Shown one piece after another: positions 1 to 12,000 of a stretch of DNA of 64,000 nucleotides. The DNA comes from Tubiluchus corallicola (taxonomy: Eukaryota; Animalia; Priapulida). The position numbers and the translations under genes are program-made. The number at the start of each line of letters is the position of its first letter. Within the stretch, counting starts at the first letter, position 1. The notes under the pieces are model-generated. The model searched no databases. It saw only the letters and a program-made list of their open reading frames with translations, and had not been told where the DNA came from. Location of the stretch: contig JAQGDQ010000040.1 of the NCBI GenBank assembly GCA_030141605.1, forward strand, positions 1-64,000. The letters run 5' to 3'.

Positions 1-3000
1 TATAAAATTGAATACATATTGACTGAGAAAGGTACAGCATCACTGTTTTAAGTAATTTACTTCAATATTTTAGTAAATGTGGCATCCCTTTTCAACATTT
101 GTATCAGGAGTGCTAGAAGAAGTTATTAAACAATTCGTTTCCAAAATGTCTTCATTGAATTTTGCAAGTTACACCAGCTAGACTTCACGACATATGCCAC
201 TAGTGAAAAATGTAAACTGGTCAGCTTATCTGTATAACTTCATTAGCTTTTTGACACACACTTGCTCTTAAAAGTAACTAAATGTAAATATGAGATTTTT
301 ACCCTTCATATTAACACATATTAACACATTTTGCAACTTGTTATTTTCAGGCACAAGCAATTTGGAAGTAAAACTCAGTGGTCATCATATCGTGGGAAGC
401 CCATTCCCAGTTCGCGCATACGATCCAGATTCAGTTAGGATGTTGAATCTTCCAACAGGACCAACTAAAGTTAATGAGCCTATCACATTTATGGGTAATT
501 AAATGCCTTATGATTACTTAGTAAACAAGTGACACAAAATCTAAATTTTGCATTTAGACATTGGCATGAGTTGTTAACTGGGTATGTGGCAAAGACCTCA
601 TATAGAAAAAACTCAATATCAGACATGCTCTTGCAAGATATTGCGCAGCAAACACTTTGTCTGTTAGGAGTATGCTAGATTTCGTGATTTGGTGACAAAG
701 AAATTCGGTACATCTGAATATTAACAACATACATACCCTTTGCATGTTTTGTTTGTTGATCTATTCTCAGATGTAATTATAAGCTATGCCAGAGAAAGAG
801 AAAGAACGCTAGGTAAAAGACTGGTTTACAACAAACGTTTTTCTTATTATTTTTTATTATCAAAGGCAGATTTTCATATTGAATGTAATTCTGATTATTG
901 TAGAATTCTAATTCCAAGTATAACGGTGTTGCATTTTATAGAACTATGTCACTTGCTTAAAGTATGTTACGAGGTCCACTAAACATTTTTATTATTAATT
1001 ACGTATTGTTTCAGTGGACGCATCAGATGCAGGCTCTGGAAGCCTGGACATTACTGTGAATAATGGCACATTACACTGCGACGTTGTAAACATAGGTGGA
1101 CAGAAGTATCAAGTTTCCTTTGTACCTCGTGAAGGAAAGCAACATGTTGTGGAACTAGTTTTCAATGGAAGACCTGTTATAGGTATGCAAAATTTTACGT
1201 TTTTCGTGAAATGATTTTTCTTTGCAATTCAGAATTCTGCTACAGTATCGAGGAGGCAAAGGCTGACCTATGCAGCATAAGCAGTTGGTCTGGGATCTAA
1301 CATTGGTTCGTTACCAAGACCAATTTTTTAACTTTCGTCTCCTGTAGCGTTCTATAGATACGAAAGTTTTCTGGTATCACAACTACAGTAGTCACCTCTT
1401 AATAGACTCACGGTTAATAGACTCACTCACTTAATTGACTCAAAAATGCCTGGAACGGGCCACTTCTATTGAAATATACATAAAAACTATCGGTAATTGA
1501 CTCAAATAACTTTGCTTAATTGACTCAATATTTTTCCTTCACGTACTTAAAATAAGACATTTGTTTGTGCCCAAACAACCTTTCCTACTTTTAGGTCATC
1601 TTTACTTCCCTTTTATGCATTATATATGTAGAAACAAGTACCATTTTGTTTGTAAACAGGTACATTTATCATGCGCTAATACGCTAGCGTAGCAGTTTTA
1701 CTTTGAATCTGTTACCCTCTCGCCCACTGCAATTAACCTCGTTACCCAAAGAATTTCTGGAAGCTAAACATTTAATCACTTGCCTAGCAGTTTATTTTGA
1801 TGCTCTAGTTGCAAATCAGCCAGTATTCCTTGTGACTTACAAGGGTAAACATCATACAGCAAATAAGGGCATAGAGTTAAGAAGTTTTAAAAATGGAGTA
1901 TAAGCGTAAAGATCTAACAGTTAAGGAGAAATTGAAAATTTTAGAGCAGTACAGTAAACTTCCAAAATGGGGCTGAAGGGTGCAGCATCGCAGTTGAAAA
2001 TTTCCCAAAGTACTCTAGGCAGAATATTGAAAAAACGATATGAAATTGAGCAGTCAGCAAGCCAAAATGAAAATGTAGTATCTAAGAGGCGACGCACAGG
2101 AAACAAGGGCACCACCAACTGCAGCTCAAGCACGCCAAGTGCTAAATGTTTTACATGAATACGTGCATCGCACAGCAACTGATTTTCAACATTTTTATAA
2201 TTACTAGAACTTTGTGAGCCAACTTCTTCGCGAGAAAATGAAGCAGCCAACTTTGAAGGATTTTTTGTAATTTTTGCAAATAAACAGACTTGTGTGATTT
2301 AGAAAAGCACACTTTTTAATTTATTGTTAATTCACTTATATAAATTAATATTTCAAAATATTTTCTTTCTAATTTTTAACTGCACAAAGGAATTTAGGCA
2401 TTACTTCGATTCTAAAATTGATTAAAAGCCTTTGCAGTACATAGTAAGTTGATAAGCTGATGACTCATACTTCTATAGCAGTAATACTACACCCATAGGT
2501 TAATAGGTTCAATCGGTTAATTGGTCAAAATACATCGGTCCCAAAGTGAGTCTATTAAGCAGCGACGACTGTACAAGAAAACCGAAAATAAACTATATGT
2601 TTAAGTACTTTGCATTATGTGTTTTTTGCTATTTCTAGGTTCGCCGTGGACCCATGAAGTGGTTGATTTTGGCAGAGTTGCCGTCAGAGGTGACTTTCAG
2701 CCCGCCATCGTGGGAAAGCCACAGACCTTTGAGGTGTTAACAGCTGGTGCGGGAGTCGGGGATCTTACTGTAAATATGCGAGGTACGTTGTTGACAAACT
2801 TTAGTATCACACTGAAATACACCATCTGGGATAAATCTAGATGCCTCATACATGCCATCTCAAGGTACAGTAATTCATTTGCTCGGATGTCTCTTTTTAG
2901 GACACCAAAAGCATTCTAGGCCAACTAGGTATATTAAAAATATGAAAAGCTAGTATGCACCATCTTAATCGTCCTAGATTTTACCATTTTCAAGATTGGT

Positions 3001-6000
3001 TTTAGCTTTTTTTGACTACAGACTGTGTTGTAAAGCCAAGAGTAAGTAATATATTAGATTTACAACAAAAGTAGCTGAGATTTAAAAGAACAGAACAGCG
3101 CTGTATATTGTTGTATAATATGTTTAACACATGCATGTCCAGCCATTCATTAATAACCTTTTATGATTTTCCTTCCCAACAAACATTGATTTTGTAGTAA
3201 TTGTATGTAGAACATTACTTACATACACTAAGTACAGCATCATCGTTAGAACTATGACTATTTTCATCAATGCTCAGCCAAGTCATTGTCTTTATGCTAA
3301 GTGAGTATTTTATAAATGGTGAAATTGATTTGCTTAGAAAAATACCAGTCACTAAAGCAGTAATAGATAAAAATGGACTCTCTTTTTTTCTAAATGTAAA
3401 GGCATTGGTGTGTGTTTGTACCCTGTAACTTTGAATAACATGTTTGGACCCTCTGTTGAAGTCAAGGCATTTCAAATCTGTTTTGGTCTTTTTGTGTGCA
3501 TGTGCGTGTGTGTGAAGCTAATTGAAATGAAATTTATGTGCAGCTATAATTACACAGAAAGATAAAGAATATCTACAAAAACTATAAAGAACATTTTATT
3601 TTTCATAGTCTGTTATGATCATCATAGAATTTTTTGTCAATCTTGTAAATTTACTTCAGAGAAATGTTGCTGTGTATTTCACATGTGCAGAACAACGTAT
3701 CATTGTTTTCTTGGGCACACTATCAAAAGAAGGTAAGTAGAAATTATATTCCAAATTTTTGGTCTTTTATTCAACTTTCATTAATATGCTTGTGTTGATG
3801 TTATATTTCAGGTCCAAGCGGCAGGTCGACGCCGTGTCGAATACTCTCAGAAGCCTTGAATACATACATTGTTGAATACATTCCCAATGAAGTAGGTGAG
3901 TGATTTTTGTTTGCATGTGCAAAATATGTAAACAAATTCAGAATGGCGCAGGAGTGGGCGCACGGATATGTTAATATTTATTCCTCGGATTACTAGCTGT
4001 TGTTTGTTGTGGCGGACATGGTTCTTGCACTTTTGTTATCAGCTAAATTAAGTAGGCTATTGCTGTCTTTTATTAGACCCCCTTAGGAGTTGATGACAAT
4101 ATTTAAGTGTTTGTTTATGGTTTAGCTTATGTTGCCTATTGTTTGTTTGTTACATTCATCTAAAGTAAATGTAACAGTTGAGTGGTAATTCATGTTCACT
4201 AATGCAGCATTCAGCATTTTGTTGGAATTTGTCAAATTTGTGTGTGAACAAATAATATTTTATTCACATAAATTATAATAATTATGTTAATAAACCTTTC
4301 TGTTAATTTTGAGGACTTGCACATTGACGATAACTCAAGATTTATTTATTGATACATTTGACAGACATAATCCACTACTCTATGTATATATTTTAAAGTG
4401 GAAATCAAACATTAATTTTAACAATAACAATAATAATTCTGTATGATATTAATTACAAGTCAGTAATAATAGTAGTAGTAGTAGTGGTAGTGGTAGTGGT
4501 AGTGGTAGTGGCAGTGGCAGTGGCAATGGCAGTAGTAGTAATAATAATAATACCATCTTCCATGTAAGTGTTTGATTGTGTTTCAAAAGAAAATGAAGTT
4601 GTAATTTGTAAATATATTTAATTACTAACTTACCATGTTGAATAAAGCTCTCCTCTGTTTTAGGTTCTCATAACATCGAAGTTATTTATGGGAATAGGGA
4701 AGTAAATGGAAGCCCTTTTACATTCCGTGCATACGATCCTAGGAAGATCACAGTGGGGTCCATCCCTAATGGTCTGATCAATCAGCCTGTTACTTTCAAT
4801 GGTGAGAATTCCTCTTAAGCATAAATGTCTTGCACTTAAGTAAACTTTTGAAATTAGATGTTCATATTAGATTAATATTTAATTGCTTTATGCGAAACAC
4901 TTTGATTATTGCAGTTGATGTTAGCAAAGCTGGTCAGGGTCAGTTAGAAATTGCCATCAATAGTGGACATGTACCAAATACAGTGAAGGTGCTACCGTCT
5001 GGTGTGTGTCAGGTTACATTTGTGCCGCATTCCGCTACTCCTCATCATATTGATATTAAATTTAACTCACAGCTAATACCAGGTAAGAGTAATACGATTA
5101 TAATATTCTAAATTGATTCACTCCTTCAAGACCGGACCACTCAAAATAAGTCTTCTAAGACGTATGACTTTTCTGCTACTGTCTGAGCACAGGCATAACT
5201 AAATGATTACAATTTAGGTATTGTTCTATTTAGGAGAATCTCAACTATCCAATCTTACTTTTTGTTTAAGTATTTTTAAGTGATTTAATTGGATGAAATT
5301 AAAAACAACAGACCATTTTCAAGTTCTTCAACTTACCATATCGAGTAGCTCAGTCTAGTTTACACTTGCGCAATCATACACACTGCTTTATTGATCGCCT
5401 GCTTGCTACAGTCCAGGAGAACTGTCTGCTGTATAGAGGTCTAGGAAGAACCACTCGATCAGCCTAGGGCAAATTGAGGTCCCTTTATGTTTTAACAGGA
5501 ATTTCTCCTTAAAAATAGAGAAGACTTCAGGCCAAAGTTTATCAGTGTGCTTGTGTCTGGATAGTTGGAAATTTCTGCCTTAGCCAATTTCACGCAAGTG
5601 ATATTGTACATTGTTGATGTGCAAGCACTGCAGTTACTGAAAGCTTTTTTTCAATTTTTTCATTAAAAATCGATCTTTAATTTGGTTTAAAGTAAGCATA
5701 TATATTTCATATAATTTTGCATGAAAGCCCATTGTTTGAGGAGTAGAAACCTACAAAAATTATCAAATATAATGTAATCATTGCTTTGTGAGAGCAGTTT
5801 TTCATGAATCCATGCAAATGCAGCCAACACTCTTACTGTCCCAAAGGAGTTAAGAATTTGATCCCCCCCCCCCCAATTTGTCGCTGTAAGCAGCTGCCTA
5901 ATTCACCTAGCTCTAGGGCTGGCCCAGGTAGTAAAGGTAATTGCTGGATTTTCTGCTCAGGTTGTCCATTTAAATGCTTTGTGAGCGATCCGCGAGCATC

Positions 6001-9000
6001 TGTGTCTGTAATGGGTGCTGGAGTAGACGAGAAAGTGCGCGTTGGAGAAACCGTTAAATTCGATGTCGTTGGCTTAGCAAAAGGAGCTCAGTCACCTCGG
6101 GTCACTGTTACAGGTTTGAAATATGTCACTTTTTTATTTTGTTATGCTGAATTAATCATTGTTACACTTGTCTACCAGCAATCAGCTTGATTTGCACTAG
6201 ATAAGATAAGAATAAAATCTCTATCTAAACTCAATAGCTAGAATGAGCCAGACTAAGCTCCTGTACATCCAGGTCGAGTATACTAAAACAATACGTAATA
6301 TAAATAAACATAAAAAATGAAAATATGGAATACAACTTAAAACTATACTATTTTTACATGCCTGTACAAAATTCTCCAGTAAATAAAACATTCTTAGTTC
6401 AGAAGTGGTGCTGACAAGCCACTGACTTAAAATTTTTCTATAAGTTTGAAGTCTACAGTCTTTATGCTGGTCTTTTTATGGCTATGCATCTTGTTGCCTG
6501 CAATTTTCTCAGTTTATGTATTGGGGATTTGGAATGGAGAATGGTTTAATATTTCATCAGAGTACATGAAATGCCAAAAATTAGAATTGGATCACTCAAC
6601 GTTAGAAGTCTTAGAACTGATATCAAAAAAGGAAATTAAATAAAAGATTTTGAAGTTTAAATTCAGCTAAAGTAGTATGCAGCACTTGCAGTACCCAGCA
6701 TTTTTTCAGTGGTTATGTGTTAGTGGCGTAATATCAACAGCCAGATTTTTAACTTCCAGGCCTACGATTTTCTTGTGTACATAATTTTAAAAGTAGAAAT
6801 ATTTGGTGTCTAATGTGTTAAATAAACTTTGTTGCTAGCTTTGTTTGCTTTGCTTAGGTCATGATAAACTATGATGTTATTATGTTCTTAAAAAAGTGAC
6901 TTATTGTGACACAACTCCTTTCAAAAATATAACCTTAAAAATTGAGTAGGTTATTTAATTGTATTTTGCTTTAAGTATATTGTTGCTATTGGCTGTCTAG
7001 GTGTGTTAAATAAATGCTGTTATTGATCTTGTTTACTTTGCTTGAGCTGCAGTCATAAATGCATTTTCTGGCTTCTTCAAAAAAGGTCACTTTCTGTCTT
7101 GACATAAAATGTCTTGTTATCATAACATTAAACATTATAGCTCTTTTTTTACTTGTGATTTAAGTGTATTTTTGCTAACAGGTTTCTTTGTTTTACTTAT
7201 TTTTTGCAGCACCTAATGGATATGAACTGCCAGTGTATGCCAACTTTAAGGATGACACATTTACTTGTGAGTATATGGTAAAGGATGTAGGAGTGCATAG
7301 AGTGAATGTAGATTATCCACCTGGGCAACCATTACCAACCAGTCCATTCATCGTGAAAGCTTATGATCCTACGAAAGTCATAGTGTCCGACATAGCTGGT
7401 CGAGTTAAAGAAATCGCTGAATTCACTGGTAAGTTATGAGATACTCAATGCATAATTTCTTATAGGATGGAACAAAATAGACAAGAAACTGTGTATGACT
7501 AGTTTGTGTTTAATTTGCACAGCCTGAAACATTATTTTACATAACACATTTTATAAATATTGAAAATAACAAAATATATTTCTGCATAGTTGATGCCAGC
7601 GCAGCCGGGGAGGGAAGCCTGGATATCAGTGTTGAATGCAAGGGACGTGTCTTGCCTTGTCAGGTATATCCGAAAGGAAATGCCGTGTTTGGAATCTCAT
7701 TTACACCTGCCGAAGAAGCGCCACATTATGTCACGGTGACGTTTAACAAGCATCCCGTGCCAGGTATGTAATTTTCGCTGACAGTTTTATCGTTGTACAA
7801 CCAACCACCCAAATATTTCAATAATTTTTTCTCTCCTGCTTGGAAGCTTAGGAACCTATCCTACGTAAGCTGTACTTGGGTGCTGCCAAACAGAACATAT
7901 ATTAACCCTTCCATAAGTGCCATGTTTGGTTTCCATGAAGAGAATAAAAACTTGTTCTTTCTACGGCAAAAGAAAAATGACAAAGTGCTTTTCAGTATGT
8001 GAAGATAGTATGTGAGAGAATATTTCAATGCAAGCGCTTGACTTGCTCTTGGATTGGTTTCTGGATGTTTGCTACGTAACAGATTTAACATGCTGTGCAA
8101 TTTTTTACAAGGCTGTATGTAGCAAAATTTTATGCAAAAAGACAACAACACCTTCATGACATAGAAATTAATTGGGAATGCTTGCTGAGGTTGGAAATTC
8201 ACGTGTCAGAACTGCTTAGTTCATTTACGTTGTTTGTTTAGCAAATATAGAAAATGTAGTGCACCGTGACTTCTGAGACACTCTGTATGTGAAATAATTT
8301 ACTTTACATCAGATTGAGCTATTAGGCTGCTTAAGAATAGTACTTAAATAAGTACTGTCCAAAGACCATGTGTGTAAACAAATAAGCGAAGTCCTGTATA
8401 AATGGTCATTGACATTGTCCTAAGGGCGATAGGTCACTAAATTGATCTCTTATGCTATAACACTCACTATGTCCATTGCCGTATGCATTTTGTGGCATAG
8501 AGCATTGCTTTAGAGTTCACTTCAGATGCAATATATAAGCATTTTCGGAATTTATTCAGTGTCACAGTTTGAGCGTCCGTTTCTCTAAATTTTGTCTGAG
8601 TTAATGTTTTTAAATCACACATTCTCCATTAGAAAGCTCATCATCTCTTTACTTCAGAAATTTATTTCGTGCGACACTTTTTCTAAACCCGATATAGATT
8701 TCCTTTTTTTGTTTCAGTTTTGATTCTTTACAAATCTTGTATTAATTTTAATAAAATCAAGAAATTTTAAATTAATAAATTTAAGAATTAAATTTCTTAC
8801 TATGTTTTTATCGTACTACAGTTCTATTTTTCACTCACGTAAATTCTAAAATGCACTTAAATAATACTGTTTTATTCATATTACATTATCTCTCTCAAAA
8901 AATCATCAGCTTTATCTTTCTCTGTGCTTTTTTCTGTTAACTGTTAAATATGAAAACACAATTATACGCATGAGCAAAACTATATGCATTCCCAACACCA

Positions 9001-12000
9001 ATAGCTTAGCTCACAACTCGTTGACTGATGACACAGTTCTAAAATAACTACTCATGCTGGACAGGTACTAATTGAAGTGAACTATATAATCTTCTTCCTG
9101 TGATTATGGTTGATTATGATGGCTCAGAACTGGTTCCAGGCGTTTATTATCACACCTTTCTTGTTCACTGTTGGTAGTCTCTCATTTGTGTGGTTCAGTT
9201 GTTTTAGCAGATTTCAAGCAGCATTTCTGTAAAATGTGTGACGTGTCAAAAAGTATTCGTGTTTGATGTCAAACAAAATCAATAAGAAGAATAGATTTGT
9301 AATTTACATTAAAGTTTTTTTAGGTGAGGTTAATTGTAATTTTATTATATCATAGTTGAGGTGCATTATCTTCGTGTTCCTCACTTATGTGTAAGTTCTT
9401 TTTATAGTCTTCATAGTTCATTGTCTTTTGTCTATAAATTTCAAATTATGTCCAGAATCGTTTCATCTTGTTTATTATCTTGATATTTTTAAGAAGTAGT
9501 TTATATAGGTAAAAATGTTGCCAACTTATAAAGCAATGCAGATATTACATTGTAGTTTCAAGGGTATATATTTCTTTTTTACTTTTGTAGTGAGGTGTTA
9601 GTCAGTTTAAAATATGGGAACTCAACAGTGTCAACACTCATTTGATCCTAGATATTTTTTTGCAAGACCCAACTATAATAGCTTGTTACATATGGAAATA
9701 CTTCTTATACATGCTAAACATGATTGAACATTTTTTTGTGCGAGTGACAGTTATGTATTTATACGAGTTGATAGCTTTCTCTTTTTTACTTTAACTTATG
9801 CTTTGCACTTTGGTATATTGTACACACCAATCAGTTTATTCAAGTTAGAAATTTAACCTCATTTGTTTCATGTATAAGCAGAAATCGGCAGAACAACAGT
9901 CGTGTTGTAGAGCATAAGTGGCTCGTTATACCAGCTTGAGAATAACTTAGTAACCTAGGATAACAAAGTCGGGGCTTTTTCAAGTGACTTTTCACAGTTT
10001 TTCTTGTAATTACACACAAGTGCCTAGTCAAACTGGCTGTTGTAACAGTTGACTGATAATTATATTGTAAACATTGGGATAAATGCAACTTTAAACCAGT
10101 TACTTTAAACATAGATTAATCTGCTATTTTCAGACGTTTCCACCAACAAATATTTTCTAAAATGGCAAATAACATTAAATAAATTTATTAATGAAATACA
10201 AAAAAGTGTTAAAAAATGTAAAAATATTATCTCAAAACATACTTCACCAATGCAAATTTAGTTAGAAACATCTCTTATGCAAAGAACCAATGAGGAAAAC
10301 TTGTATGCAGCCAAAACAATTAAAAGACAATTTTAATTTTAAATAGACTTGTATGTTCCAGTGACCCCTAGTTGATAAGTGAATCTGATGCAAGGTGGAA
10401 AAAACAAGTGAAAGAATAATATTTTCAATATTCTACATATGACTTAACGCAGTCATTTTTCTGCAAGTTGAAACATTCCCGGTCTTTATCAAAAAACATT
10501 CATTAATTTTAATTTATTTAGCATTATCATAGCAAATGAACTATTATATGTATTCAGCTATAGCACCTCTCTTCTAAATGTAATGTAGTTACTGTAAATT
10601 TGTCATATTTTCTGTAAAAATACAATTTCAAACAGTTTTATTGATAAATCTATTTGTCCAAGTAACAGATCAACAATATAGTTACAAGTGTAAAAAGTAA
10701 ATACAGAAGTACAGTAACAGTTAACCTATCTGTTAACCTATTGTCAGATAAATAACACTAATTCAGTATTCTACAAATATGATAAAGTGAGTATGACATG
10801 AATTCACACTTCAAATAGTAATTTACAATAAACAAATGAGGGTTACAACGTATTTTGATACAAGAGTTTAAAAATACATTATTTTCATTACAATGTAGTG
10901 GTCATTACAATAAAAAATAGCTTGTAATTTCTATAAAGTAAAATGATTGCACTTCTGTTGAATGTTTTTTGCTGCTGAAATTTCACAAATATTTGCTGGA
11001 CAAATATTTGCTAACTCGTGAAATTGCGGCATATCTTAATAGTTGTTATCACTTTTCACCACATGATAAACTCTACACACACTTTTTATCATCTTACATG
11101 AAAAATGCTTTGTTACAATGTGTTGTCAACAAACATTATTGAAAAAATGTAACGGAAGTATATGAGAACAAAGCCCTGTTAGTACTATATTTGACATTAC
11201 CTAGTACGTCATCAACAGTCATTTTATATTAGTGTTTTCATGCTATTCTACGAACTCATCACTTCAGTTACATATACAGCACTAGTTCTCATGTCGTGGT
11301 CATGATTACTGTAAAAATATGCATATGAATTTTTTCTTTGTCCATAAATAATGCAGTAAGGCTTAATTAAGAGGTCATTGCGGTAAGCCACTGAGGATGT
11401 ATAATCTCATCCCGATACATGTCTGTACACTGTGCACGCATTAATTTCATTTTGAAGTGTAGTACAAGGGCGCGATTGCAGCTACCAGCGTTATAAGCAG
11501 GTGGAGCCATTTTCTACACCTTTAATTGTTTGCTTTCCGTTACTCATAGGTAACTTATGAGGTGTTCCATTGAAAATGTCGCCGCTCTCTTTTGCCAAAG
11601 AAGCCCTTTCTGTAGCTAATAATGTCTCCCTTCTAGACTGCAGCATGAGGCTTTCTCTTTTGAGCGAAACATTGCGACTGGGTGGATCTGTCTGTGAAAA
11701 TGCCCATTCTTGAGAGCCTCTCCGTGCACGAAAACCTCTCCTGCCACAGATGCAATCGCGGACCTCGTGATTTCGATAGCAAAAAACTAATGCAACCAAG
11801 ATGCCTTGTAGTCCCAGCAGAATGTTATCCACGATTTGGTATTGATGGTACCCTTTTGTGTAACATGGAGGTCGGTAGAAGGTTGGAAAGTAAGTAAACC
11901 CCACCAGTGGCAGCATTGTGATGACTGCTCTGAGGGTTTTTTTGAAATGTTTCCAACCTCTTATTTTGTCTAGGGTGTCCTCATCCAGTTTATGAATAAT

